Source of the DNA: a virus | Length of the DNA stretch: 64,000 nucleotides | IMG/VR virus record: IMGVR_UViG_3300023174_000078 | Span: 57,277 to 121,276 of that record | Strand: one strand, 5' to 3' | Part shown: positions 1-8,790 of the stretch, in pieces | Layout: every line of letters begins with the position of its first letter | Position numbering within the stretch: position 1 is the first letter of the stretch | The notes under the pieces: model-generated | What the model was told of the DNA's origin: nothing | The model's database searches: none | The model's input: the letters and a program-made list of their open reading frames with translations, nothing else | Translations under genes and position numbers: made by a program

Positions 1-140
1 AGTATACGGAAGTCCTTGCGAATATTTGCCATTGGAATAAGAAAAGTCACGATACGAGGACGATGGCGAACATTGTTTGTTCGGCCACCGCATCCCAACG
101 CGCCGAAGCATTCCTTAAAACATTAGGGCTTTGGAAATAA
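1..140 (+). CDS. 3' end of a phage hypothetical protein (truncated by window edge)
   Basis: Frame reads ...ATASQRAEAFLKTLGLWK, stop TAA ending at 140. Confidence 0.55.
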   Translation, partial: YTEVLANICHWNKKSHDTRTMANIVCSATASQRAEAFLKTLGLWK

Positions 141-164
141 TAATTAACATACACAGTATCCCCC

Positions 165-539
165 ATGAACGAAACACTAGAACCCTACGTTAAGAAGATG
201 TTAGACGGCGGACTCAAAACCGCTGAAGATGTTGCTAAATTTATTGAAGTACAGACGCCCGAGTTGGGTAAAGAGATCATTGTATGGGGTGCCGCTTCCG
301 AAATGGTGGCACCTATCATCAGCTTAATAGCTATTGGGTTAACGGTGGTTGTGCATTTTAAATACAAGCGTGCTGACTGGTATTGTGACTGGACGGATGA
401 AATGCCGTTTGCCGTTGCTAATGGTATATTGTTTCTGATATCGAACATGATATTCTGGGTAAATATCATGGACGTTGTATACCCGCTTGTGGCACCTCGC
501 CTGTTTATCCTTGAAAAGGTTAGTTCATTAATTAAATAA
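165..539 (+). CDS. Phage membrane protein (2 TM)
   Basis: Two hydrophobic segments; C-terminal APRLFILE resembles the APKVFLLE of the next gene. Confidence 0.7.
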   Translation: MNETLEPYVKKMLDGGLKTAEDVAKFIEVQTPELGKEIIVWGAASEMVAPIISLIAIGLTVVVHFKYKRADWYCDWTDEMPFAVANGILFLISNMIFWVNIMDVVYPLVAPRLFILEKVSSLIK

Positions 540-543
540 GCAC

Positions 544-972
544 ATGGCAAATCAAAATACACCGCCTCCGGCAATGGAATCCATTGATCAATTTGTTAAT
601 TGGGCTGTAGAGACAGCGCAAGTAAAAGGTCCCAAGATTGTGGACTGGCTTTATGCCGAGGTACCAGAAGTTGTTGCGCAATTTCTAGCATGGAGCTTTG
701 CGGAAAGTTTCATATCTTTCATTACAAGTGCATTCTTTATTTTCATTTATCCTATTTTGTATTTTTACATAGTTAAAAAAATCTATGTGCGATGTGAAGT
801 AGGTAAGATGCGGGATCAGTCAAACTTCTGGGGCGGCTGTGGCTTCCTCGGTATCAGTACCTTTGGTATTTCACAAATAGTAAGCTGGAATTCTATTAAT
901 TTGACTTGGTTACAGGTTTGGCTTGCGCCGAAGGTGTTTCTATTGGAAACGTTTGCGAACGTAGTCAAATAA
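544..972 (+). CDS. Phage membrane protein, paralog of 165..539
   Basis: EVPEVVAQFLAW and WLAPKVFLLE motifs match the preceding ORF. Confidence 0.7.
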   Translation: MANQNTPPPAMESIDQFVNWAVETAQVKGPKIVDWLYAEVPEVVAQFLAWSFAESFISFITSAFFIFIYPILYFYIVKKIYVRCEVGKMRDQSNFWGGCGFLGISTFGISQIVSWNSINLTWLQVWLAPKVFLLETFANVVK

Positions 973-973
973 C

Positions 974-1162
974 ATGAGCATATTTCAGAAACTGATATAC
1001 AATATATTTCTTAAGGTATTAAATCCGTACTTCACCAGACATCCCGGGGCGCTCATACCGATTATGTTCTCGCTGCAGGATCAACTTAAGAAAGCTGGAT
1101 TTACTGATGAGGAACTGAGCAGAATAAGGAAAGCATATGACCGCCGAAAAACATACAGGTAA
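974..1162 (+). CDS. Hypothetical protein
   Basis: ATG ORF tightly packed in the operon. Confidence 0.55.
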   Translation: MSIFQKLIYNIFLKVLNPYFTRHPGALIPIMFSLQDQLKKAGFTDEELSRIRKAYDRRKTYR

Positions 1163-1460
1163 AGTGACGAAATTTTTTGTTTCTCTCACTGCATTTTTAA
1201 TTATAACTGCAACAGCGTGTGCTTTTGTTTTTAGTTTGTATTCCGCTGCATACTTGACTGCTCGGCTCAAAGTAAACATCGACACGGGAAGTAAGGAGGA
1301 ACGCTTAGTAAGGGCTATTGAACAACTACCTGATTGCGCGTTAAAAAGTAATTGTTACGTTGTACTAGCCGCTGAATACGGCAAGGACAGTGATGAGTTG
1401 AATGACCTGTTAAACGCATATGCGGAGATGAAATTACAAGATTTGAAAGCGTCACAATGA
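1137..1460 (+). CDS. Hypothetical membrane-anchored protein
   Basis: N-terminal hydrophobic helix. Confidence 0.6.
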   Translation: MTAEKHTGKVTKFFVSLTAFLIITATACAFVFSLYSAAYLTARLKVNIDTGSKEERLVRAIEQLPDCALKSNCYVVLAAEYGKDSDELNDLLNAYAEMKLQDLKASQ

Positions 1461-1466
1461 TGCGGT

Positions 1467-2195
1467 ATGCGTGCTTTAAAGATTGAGTTACGGAATTATT
1501 GTGTTGAGATTGCTATACATGATTTGCCAGTGCCTAAAAAAGCGCAGTATCAAGGTGATATTCATGATGCTATGCACAAACAGATCAAAGGTTGGATGGA
1601 TCCAAATAGGTCCACGCCATGGTATGTGTGTGGTAATGTGGGTTACATACATGGAATATTGTTTGATAGTGATTTAGAGGTTGTTGTACGTAATGAGCGT
1701 GACGAAGTAATAGACAGCTTTAAGGGAGCTGATTGTTTTGAGCAGACATTCACAAAATACATATACTCCGCACAGCCATTTAAGTTACACCGTGGGTACA
1801 CCACAGGTGGAAGAGTTACAGGAATGGAAGTGAGGAAAGAAGGAGTAGCTAATTGCCTCATTAAATTACCCGCATACGCTCCCCCGTATTCCCGGGATAG
1901 CTTGCATTTATTATTAACGAAGGTAAGCAACATAGAGTCAGTTGATGAAAATTCATCTTACTATAAACGTGCCCATGCTTTTGTTGTTGATACGGGTGTG
2001 CTATCCTACAAAGGATCCGAATTTAATAATTACTTGATACCTTACGAAACAGACTTACAGGCGACAGAGCAAAAGCAACAACACCTATTTGCGGGCGCGT
2101 GGTTGCATGTAAAACCAAAGACATACACCGAAGCCAACCCAAAAGACTGTGATAGTTTGCGTAAATTGTATATTTCTAAAAAAGAATTTGTGTGA
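1467..2195 (+). CDS. Hypothetical protein
   Basis: 242-aa ORF. Confidence 0.65.
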   Translation: MRALKIELRNYCVEIAIHDLPVPKKAQYQGDIHDAMHKQIKGWMDPNRSTPWYVCGNVGYIHGILFDSDLEVVVRNERDEVIDSFKGADCFEQTFTKYIYSAQPFKLHRGYTTGGRVTGMEVRKEGVANCLIKLPAYAPPYSRDSLHLLLTKVSNIESVDENSSYYKRAHAFVVDTGVLSYKGSEFNNYLIPYETDLQATEQKQQHLFAGAWLHVKPKTYTEANPKDCDSLRKLYISKKEFV

Positions 2196-2219
2196 ATAGC
2201 AGCTTCAGCATGCGCCTAA

Positions 2220-2255
2220 ATGTCCGGGGGCCGATTAATTTCTGCTCCCGGACAT
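2220..2255 (+). terminator. Hairpin, probable terminator
   Basis: ATGTCCGGGGGC...GCTCCCGGACAT inverted repeat after the operon. Confidence 0.5.
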
Positions 2256-2365
2256 ATAATTTGTTTGCGTGTGTATAATTTGTGTTTACTATGCTTTATT
2301 AATGGATAGCTAAAAAAGAGGCATAAACACTATTAGCGTATAAATATTTAACAGTAATTATTTTA

Positions 2366-3313
2366 ATGTCCGATTCATCTTTTGTTCAATCTTTACAGCA
2401 ACTAGTCCGCAAGAATGAAGGAAGACCTCATTCGCAGGCTGAAGTACTGCGGGAGCTGGATCAGCGTTACTTGGATACATTTAATTTGAGTGTAGAACCA
2501 TTGGGGAAGAAAAACCTGATTTACTTTACTCTTAATTATAATTTAGAGTATATTGATTTATTTATTTATTGTTTGCGTTCTATTGTTAATAAAGACAGAC
2601 CTGATTTATTTGATTTATTGATTATATGTCCTCCTTTGTTTGAAACAACGATTAATGAATTAATTGAGGCGCGTAACATAGACCTGAAAGGATTTAAATT
2701 AATGTTTCATCATGTGGATGAAGCGGTTGATGGTATCGAGGCTTCTATGAATAAACTGAAGATATACCAATTCAAAGATATAAACGCATACGGAAAGATA
2801 TTATTCCTTGATGTTGATATTATGGCTGTAGAACCAGTCAGTAATTTATTCAAACTTGATGTAGACCCGAATAAATTACACGCAGCTATTCATTCTACGA
2901 CCTTGCATTTACATAATACTAAGTACCACAGGCTAGTGGATTATGACGCTGGTAAGATGAATGAATTTAGGGATGCTGGTATATATGCCTTTAATGCTGG
3001 GCAGTTTTTATTTAACAATAGTGCGAGGATGCTGCAGCATATGCGTAATGTGGATTGGTTATCCTCCACATGGCCCGGTGAATATTTCTTCGAACAATCT
3101 TATTTAAACCACTATTTTAATTGGTACGGCATTTCTGATATAGACTTGCTAGATAACTGCGTTAAATTCGAGGCTGTCCATTTAAACAATAAAGTAGGAT
3201 TTAATTGGCAAATTAAATTGAATTACTCTATTATACACTTTGCTGGGCATGCATGTGATGCGGGCAAGAAAATAGAATACATTCGTAACTTTCATCTTGA
3301 ATTAATTAATTAA
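2366..3313 (+). CDS. Glycosyltransferase, GT8-like
   Basis: ILFLDVD (DxD), FNAG, EQSYLN and IIHFAG motifs. Confidence 0.8.
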   Translation: MSDSSFVQSLQQLVRKNEGRPHSQAEVLRELDQRYLDTFNLSVEPLGKKNLIYFTLNYNLEYIDLFIYCLRSIVNKDRPDLFDLLIICPPLFETTINELIEARNIDLKGFKLMFHHVDEAVDGIEASMNKLKIYQFKDINAYGKILFLDVDIMAVEPVSNLFKLDVDPNKLHAAIHSTTLHLHNTKYHRLVDYDAGKMNEFRDAGIYAFNAGQFLFNNSARMLQHMRNVDWLSSTWPGEYFFEQSYLNHYFNWYGISDIDLLDNCVKFEAVHLNNKVGFNWQIKLNYSIIHFAGHACDAGKKIEYIRNFHLELIN

Positions 3314-3319
3314 TTAATT

Positions 3320-3946
3320 ATGTCAAACTACATACTATCCCATTGTAACTTTATCCACATTCCTAAATGTGGAGGTTCAGCATTAAATAATACTTTCCAT
3401 AGGCTAGGTTTAGTTACCGATCCAGATAAACAGATGTTAAAGGAGCCGCATTACGGACATCTATTCCCATGTCAGATGCCTGAGAGCGAGAATCCGTACT
3501 TTGCATTTGTTAGGCATCCTGCTTCGTGGTGGTTGTCTTATTACCACTTCAACATGAACACAGAACATTCGCGGTTTTCAGCTGCGGAACTCTCCACGAC
3601 TTCATTTGATGAATGGGTGCGTGACTACGGTCCTTTTTGGTTGGGATTTTATTCTAAAATAGTGCAGCGCTATTTGGGCCGCGATCCCAATTTTCCGGCG
3701 AGTTCTAAAATAGAGTTAATCGGACGCACTGAGTATTTATTCAGTGATTTACGCCGCATCTTTAATGTTATAGGACAACCATACAATTCAAATGTACTGC
3801 GTGATTTAATTTCTGGTAAACTTAAACTAAATGATAAACAGGCAAACAGGCAGGACTATGATCATACAGACATGTCCCAAGCATCCCGGGAAATAATCTT
3901 TGAGTGTGAACAACCCGTTTACAGGATGTTCAGCTATAAAATGTAA
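3320..3946 (+). CDS. Sulfotransferase family 2 protein
   Basis: FIHIPKCGGS (5'-PSB loop) and FVRHP..W..SYY (3'-PB) motifs. Confidence 0.85.
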   Translation: MSNYILSHCNFIHIPKCGGSALNNTFHRLGLVTDPDKQMLKEPHYGHLFPCQMPESENPYFAFVRHPASWWLSYYHFNMNTEHSRFSAAELSTTSFDEWVRDYGPFWLGFYSKIVQRYLGRDPNFPASSKIELIGRTEYLFSDLRRIFNVIGQPYNSNVLRDLISGKLKLNDKQANRQDYDHTDMSQASREIIFECEQPVYRMFSYKM

Positions 3947-3948
3947 TT

Positions 3949-4677
3949 ATGGAAGCATATGATCCGTTATTAATGGGGAATTGGCATCATGATATTGTCA
4001 TTAATGCTGCTGTTAGAACGCGCGATTTATCGCCAGCATACAATGACAGATCTACAACCAGTAAAGAAGGCTTGGCTAAAGAAATAAAGGACATATACGG
4101 AGAAGCATTAAAAGATAAGAATGTATTGGATATTGCCTGTAATGCGGGCGGTCATTTGTATGCGTTAAACAGATTTGGTATTAATTCCGGGTTTGGCTTT
4201 GATGCGCGGTCCTTATGGATACAGCAAGCGCATTGGTTAAAAAGGAATATAGATATTCCGTGTGATAACCTGACATTCGTGGAAGGTAGCTTTGATGTAC
4301 TGCAAGACTTTGAAGACAGACATTTTCATTTGTCTTTGTTTAACGGGATATTCTATCACTTAGCCGATCCTATAACGCAGCTAGCTAAAGTAGCGGAAAA
4401 GACATCTGAGTTGCTTGTTATTAATACTGCTTATGCGCCTCAGCACTCTGCAGGTCCTCCTGCGTTAATATTCAAAATGGAGGATGCGTCTATTGAAACA
4501 GGTTTAAGTGGTCTGGATGGATTATCTTGGCTTCCTAGTGGTGAATATGTTCTTTACCGTATTCTTAAACATATGGGCTTTCCATATGCGCAGCTCATGT
4601 TCAAAAGTCCTAAGACCAATCGCCTAGCTGTTATTGCGGCACGCGAGGAAGGTTTACTAACTATTGCTGATGTATGA
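3949..4677 (+). CDS. Class I SAM-dependent methyltransferase
   Basis: VLDIACNAG motif I; GIFYHL.DP. Confidence 0.8.
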   Translation: MEAYDPLLMGNWHHDIVINAAVRTRDLSPAYNDRSTTSKEGLAKEIKDIYGEALKDKNVLDIACNAGGHLYALNRFGINSGFGFDARSLWIQQAHWLKRNIDIPCDNLTFVEGSFDVLQDFEDRHFHLSLFNGIFYHLADPITQLAKVAEKTSELLVINTAYAPQHSAGPPALIFKMEDASIETGLSGLDGLSWLPSGEYVLYRILKHMGFPYAQLMFKSPKTNRLAVIAAREEGLLTIADV

Positions 4678-5180
4678 CCCCGCCAGTGCTATGGTTGTAT
4701 GGTTTATCTGGGAGCGGTAAAACGACTGTTTCTCGCTATGCGCAGTATATCATTAACTCGTGGCACGCACCCGTGATTGTATTAGATGCAGATGTATTGA
4801 GAAAAGATTACTGGCCTGAGATAGGATTAACCAAGAGTGCCCGGCTAGAGAATACACGGCGTATCGCTAAATTAGCGAAGACTTATAAAGATCTGAATAT
4901 TGCTGTATTGGTAGCTGCGTGTGCGCCGTTCCAGGAACAAAGAGAGGATGTACTTCGTTTATTACCTGACACTAAGTTTGTTTACATGGACACACCATTA
5001 GACATATGCCGGGAGCGTAAACCTTACACATATAAAGATCCGGCGAGATCAGTTACTTCGGTAGAGCACACACCACCCCCTTGGGCAACTATAGACGGTA
5101 AACAAGATATCGACTCGATTCTTACCGCGACTTCAGTCATCTTAGAGCGATGGCTTCCCTTTCAAATTTCAAGTACCTAG
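4674..5180 (+). CDS. cysC: Adenylyl-sulfate (APS) kinase
   Basis: GLSGSGKTT P-loop, LDAD.LR, R.EN.RR, DTPLDICRER. Confidence 0.8.
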   Translation: MTPPVLWLYGLSGSGKTTVSRYAQYIINSWHAPVIVLDADVLRKDYWPEIGLTKSARLENTRRIAKLAKTYKDLNIAVLVAACAPFQEQREDVLRLLPDTKFVYMDTPLDICRERKPYTYKDPARSVTSVEHTPPPWATIDGKQDIDSILTATSVILERWLPFQISST

Positions 5181-5202
5181 AGGTACGAACAAACAACAAA
5201 TA

Positions 5203-5445
5203 ATGAACTCACTGGTTAACTCTGTACCAGCTTTTAATGGTTGCTTTACGCATCAGATAAAAAGATTTGTATCCTACGGCGTGTTTACGCCTGTAATTCT
5301 AGCTTCATCCGCTGCTGTAACTGGCGATGTTTTAGGAGAGCTGTATAGCAAACTGTTTCAGCTCAGCCCTTTTTTCTCTGAATCACAATTGCAACTGAGA
5401 CATGTTATTAAAACCAAACTGTATGACGACACTGAATACGGGTGA
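5203..5445 (+). CDS. Small protein, probable diverged tetrapeptide-repeat family member
   Basis: Weak 4-residue periodicity (FVSY GVFT PVIL); first gene of the mini-gene cluster. Confidence 0.45.
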   Translation: MNSLVNSVPAFNGCFTHQIKRFVSYGVFTPVILASSAAVTGDVLGELYSKLFQLSPFFSESQLQLRHVIKTKLYDDTEYG

Positions 5446-5665
5446 ACGTCGCGAATTTGCTGCGTATCACCTACTGTACAAGCGGTCTGTATTTAATACA
5501 CAAGACGACGTGATTGACCTGTTTGATATTTTATCAAACTTCACGGATTGCGTGCATGGTGATGTATGGGATGTGATTTTAGTTAATCTACGAACGCCAA
5601 TATATCAAGCGGCAGGTAGCCATATAGCAAATTATGCGTCCGCAATCCTGAATGAGACAATATGA
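5402..5665 (+). CDS. Small protein, diverged tetrapeptide-repeat family (start probably at MTTLN)
   Basis: SVFN...CVHG DVWD VILV; ends LNETI like the array units. Confidence 0.6.
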   Translation: MLLKPNCMTTLNTGERREFAAYHLLYKRSVFNTQDDVIDLFDILSNFTDCVHGDVWDVILVNLRTPIYQAAGSHIANYASAILNETI

Positions 5666-5874
5666 GAAGAAAAAAAGATTACTTAGGTGATTATGTCGCT
5701 GATAGTGTAAACGATATATGTTGGAGTTGTGTGATACACATTATCACGGATATCATTTTTATGGCGACATCTCGTCCTGTTTACAAGGAAATTTATGGAT
5801 TTATAGATACACATGTTTCTGATTCTGTAGGCAATATAGTTCATATAAAAATAAATAATGAATGCGATTTATAA
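5662..5874 (+). CDS. Small protein, diverged tetrapeptide-repeat family
   Basis: YVAD SVND ICWS CVIH...HVSD SVGN IVHI KINNE. Confidence 0.65.
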   Translation: MRRKKDYLGDYVADSVNDICWSCVIHIITDIIFMATSRPVYKEIYGFIDTHVSDSVGNIVHIKINNECDL

Positions 5875-5904
5875 ATCTGTTAACGCTACGTATAGCCGAA
5901 AAAC

Positions 5905-6108
5905 ATGAAAACACTTTCTGATACTGTCTGGTCTCAAACTTGGTATTGTATTCACATTTCTATATGGACCTCGATAGGCCGCGCGACTAATGCTGATACG
6001 GCGGTTTCTACGCACGAATTTGTTTCGGACGCAATTTTTGAACCTGTAGCTAAAGCTACTGGCACGCGTTACGTCGATTCAACAATATATGAAATTGTTA
6101 AATCCTAA
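5905..6108 (+). CDS. Small protein, diverged tetrapeptide-repeat family
   Basis: MKTLSD TVWS QTWY CIHI SIWT SIGR...FVSD AIFE PVAK. Confidence 0.7.
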   Translation: MKTLSDTVWSQTWYCIHISIWTSIGRATNADTAVSTHEFVSDAIFEPVAKATGTRYVDSTIYEIVKS

Positions 6109-6130
6109 AAAACAAATGAGTACACACTAA

Positions 6131-6364
6131 ATGATGAATGATAAAACTCTTTATAACTCTATAACGACGCTAGTGTCTGTTTTTGCGCTCGATGGTTTAG
6201 AAGATCATGTTTTTAGCGTTACTCGCGGCTCCTGCGCAGCTAGGTCTGTGTGGATAACTGTTATGCATCAAGTCTTTGACATTACGCACAGGGCTACAGC
6301 CGATCCTAATTATGGTATTACCTCACGTCTTGCCAAAGTATTAAATAAAAAAATAAATGAGTAA
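6131..6364 (+). CDS. Small protein, diverged tetrapeptide-repeat family
   Basis: LYN SITT...SVWI TVMH QVFD; ends NKKINE with an aataaatgagtaa junction. Confidence 0.65.
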   Translation: MMNDKTLYNSITTLVSVFALDGLEDHVFSVTRGSCAARSVWITVMHQVFDITHRATADPNYGITSRLAKVLNKKINE

Positions 6365-6563
6365 TATTTACTACTCTATTTGGACATCTATTTGCGATAA
6401 TGTCTGTGGTGGCGTGGAGCGCAATGGGCTTGACACTTTATGGGATACAGCGCGCTATTCCGTAGAGGATACTGTTTGGTTTGCTATCAGCGCCAATATC
6501 TTCGGGATTATGCCCGACGCTGTAGAAAAAACTATTTGTAACCATCTTTATGCTAAAACTTGA
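6357..6563 (+). CDS. Small protein, diverged tetrapeptide-repeat family
   Basis: SIWT SICD NVCG GVER...TARY SVED TVWF AISA. Confidence 0.7.
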   Translation: MSNIYYSIWTSICDNVCGGVERNGLDTLWDTARYSVEDTVWFAISANIFGIMPDAVEKTICNHLYAKT

Positions 6564-6978
6564 AAAATCCGTTTCACACTTCGCGCGTATTATGGTTCAG
6601 CCCAATATAATTGACCCCGTTAAACATAATGCGTGGCAGGCTATTAGTGAGCAAGATTGGGAAGACGTATGGCTAATTCCTGCCGAATCGATATATACCG
6701 CCGCACGTAATAACGTGAGTGAGCTGGTCAGGAGTTTTTTGTTACACACACACACAAACCTTATTAAAATGAGTACCGATAATGAATTAAGACGGGCTGT
6801 TAACGAGATTAGCGACGCGCTAGTTTGGAAAAATTTAAGGAGCGCAATATGGTCTCATATGGAAGCTGATAGATGGTGGAGTACCCGTTTTGCGCTGAGT
6901 GACAGCATGACGGCTAAAAATGTATGTACCGCTAACTTCTTCGTTAATTCTTACATGAATCAACAAAAATATGGATAA
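6550..6978 (+). CDS. Double-length tetrapeptide-repeat family protein (two units fused; second ATG at 6769)
   Basis: SVSH..PVKH NAWQ AISE..DVWL, then MSTDNELRR AVNE..LVWK..AIWS. Confidence 0.6.
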   Translation: MLKLEKSVSHFARIMVQPNIIDPVKHNAWQAISEQDWEDVWLIPAESIYTAARNNVSELVRSFLLHTHTNLIKMSTDNELRRAVNEISDALVWKNLRSAIWSHMEADRWWSTRFALSDSMTAKNVCTANFFVNSYMNQQKYG

Positions 6979-7183
6979 TGTTTTATACAGAACTATTTTT
7001 CACAATGTGTGGCGTCCTGTACACCGCTGTGTGTTGTACCGTATACAAGATAGCACAGCAAACGCTTTAATAGGCGATGTGTTTGAATCTGGATGGGTTG
7101 CTATCAGAGATGCTGCTTACATACCTGTGGAGGATATGCTTCATCCGTACGTTTCTTTAAAATTTAATTCAATATGCGTGTAG
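6971..7183 (+). CDS. Small protein, diverged tetrapeptide-repeat family
   Basis: TIFH NVWR PVHR CVLY RIQD...AIRD AAYI PVED. Confidence 0.65.
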   Translation: MDNVLYRTIFHNVWRPVHRCVLYRIQDSTANALIGDVFESGWVAIRDAAYIPVEDMLHPYVSLKFNSICV

Positions 7184-7296
7184 ACAATTCACCACACCCG
7201 GCAGTCATTCGCTGTATTGACGATAAACATAACGCTTCAAATTAGACACCGCCATCGCGGTCGTTTCCCTGCGGTGAAATCCAAATTCTGCACAAC

Positions 7297-7500
7297 ATGA
7301 CAATTCACGATTCTAGCGATACCCAGGTATACTACGCGATCAATAAGTACATCTGGTTCGATATCCGGGCTGCTATAAAGGATTTTATTTGTTACGACGC
7401 GTATCGCTACGTTGAGAACGAAATTTATGATAAAGCAGACAGTGTTACATACTATTCTGTATGCGAATATGTGGAGCTGAGCCTCAAAATTTATAAATGA
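7297..7500 (+). CDS. Small protein, diverged tetrapeptide-repeat family
   Basis: QVYY AINK YIWF DIRA AIKD FICY...SVCE YVEL. Confidence 0.65.
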   Translation: MTIHDSSDTQVYYAINKYIWFDIRAAIKDFICYDAYRYVENEIYDKADSVTYYSVCEYVELSLKIYK

Positions 7501-7706
7501 ATAACCCGACACTTTTTGTTTCAGTCTATAACCCTCCCGGATTAATTCCCCTAGTTGGGCAGTTGCACTTAAGGTGTGCGATGAACTATAGAGACGAAGT
7601 ATGGACGGCTATGTCGAATAACGCCGCCCATATTAGCAAGCGTTTAGGCCATGCGTCTTATCATACTGATCGCAAGATAGCTGAGGATTTACACCAGTAC
7701 ACATAG
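7497..7706 (+). CDS. Small protein, possible diverged family member
   Basis: LFV SVYN...EVWT AMSN; similar size and overlapping start. Confidence 0.5.
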   Translation: MNNPTLFVSVYNPPGLIPLVGQLHLRCAMNYRDEVWTAMSNNAAHISKRLGHASYHTDRKIAEDLHQYT

Positions 7707-7736
7707 CTTATGAATTTATGATACAATACTGAAACT

Positions 7737-8087
7737 ATGAGCACAAATAAAGAAATCAAAGTCACACCAAGAGTCTGGAAAGCTATGCGCTACGCTGGAG
7801 ATGGCTATGACACATACGGTAAACAAAGAGATGGTAAAAATTATTGCGATCTCGAGACCGCAGTGACTCTAGAGACTGAATTACAGGCAGCTACAAAGGA
7901 ATTAAAACTTCTGCAAAAGCAGAACGATAAACTACTAAAAGCGCTGCGGGCCTTTACGCGATTCGGCAGCAGTCCCGGAGCAGGTGGCGGCGGAACTTTA
8001 GATTTATACACGCAAGGACAACGTGTAACCGAAAAGAATGTTCGTGACATAGCAAGGAAAGCACTAAAAGCATATGGCCCTAAATGA
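7737..8087 (+). CDS. Hypothetical coiled-coil protein
   Basis: 116-aa ORF with a heptad-like segment. Confidence 0.6.
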   Translation: MSTNKEIKVTPRVWKAMRYAGDGYDTYGKQRDGKNYCDLETAVTLETELQAATKELKLLQKQNDKLLKALRAFTRFGSSPGAGGGGTLDLYTQGQRVTEKNVRDIARKALKAYGPK

Positions 8088-8331
8088 AGAATTCATAAAG
8101 GTAGAAACAGCATATCACACACCTCCTGGAGGTCAGCAGGTTGGTCCAGTTTCCGCAGGGGTTAAAGTGACACATGAGTTCGGTGGTATATCTGTGACAT
8201 GCGATTTAGGTAGGTCACAGAAACAGAATAAAGATATGGCTTTAGGAGCTATTGAATACTTATTAGTAGAAGCAGGATACACAGACGCCGTGTTATTTAA
8301 AAAAGATGAACATAATTCAAAAAGCAGCTGA
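8074..8331 (+). CDS. Stand-alone peptide chain release factor (GGQ) domain protein
   Basis: PGGQQV..VSAGVKVTH..GISVTC..GRSQKQNKDMAL matches the class I RF catalytic domain consensus. Confidence 0.8.
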   Translation: MALNEEFIKVETAYHTPPGGQQVGPVSAGVKVTHEFGGISVTCDLGRSQKQNKDMALGAIEYLLVEAGYTDAVLFKKDEHNSKSS

Positions 8332-8776
8332 CTACGCGTTATTGGCGCATAATGGTCAGAAACGTAAAAATGGTAAGCCGTACTTCACACATGTTGAAGC
8401 TGTAGCGAACCTTGTGAACGATAACTGGTCCAGATTGATTCCGCCCACAGCGCAAGATAACTGGAACGATTATAAAGACCATGTGGTGGCTGCGGCATAT
8501 CTACATGATGTAATCGAAGATTGCGGTGTGACTAAAGATATGCTTATTGCATGCAGCTTCTCTGTGATGACTGTCGAAATTGTCGAAGCATTATCCAAGA
8601 AGCCCGGCGAGAATTACTTTGATTTCATTATGCGCATTCACGATAGTGGTGCGTTCCGTCCAGGTATAGTTGCAGTTAAACTTTGCGATCTAGAACACAA
8701 TATGAGTGACTTGGATAACGGTTCACTCAAGGATAAATACAGGCTAGCGCATTATATACTTAATTATTTTAACTGA
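8306..8776 (+). CDS. HD-domain (p)ppGpp hydrolase-like protein (SpoT/Mesh1 type)
   Basis: AH.GQ.RK.G.PY..H, AAYLHDVIED, VKLCD..HN. Confidence 0.85.
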   Translation: MNIIQKAADYALLAHNGQKRKNGKPYFTHVEAVANLVNDNWSRLIPPTAQDNWNDYKDHVVAAAYLHDVIEDCGVTKDMLIACSFSVMTVEIVEALSKKPGENYFDFIMRIHDSGAFRPGIVAVKLCDLEHNMSDLDNGSLKDKYRLAHYILNYFN

Positions 8777-8790
8777 GCAGATCAAAAACA

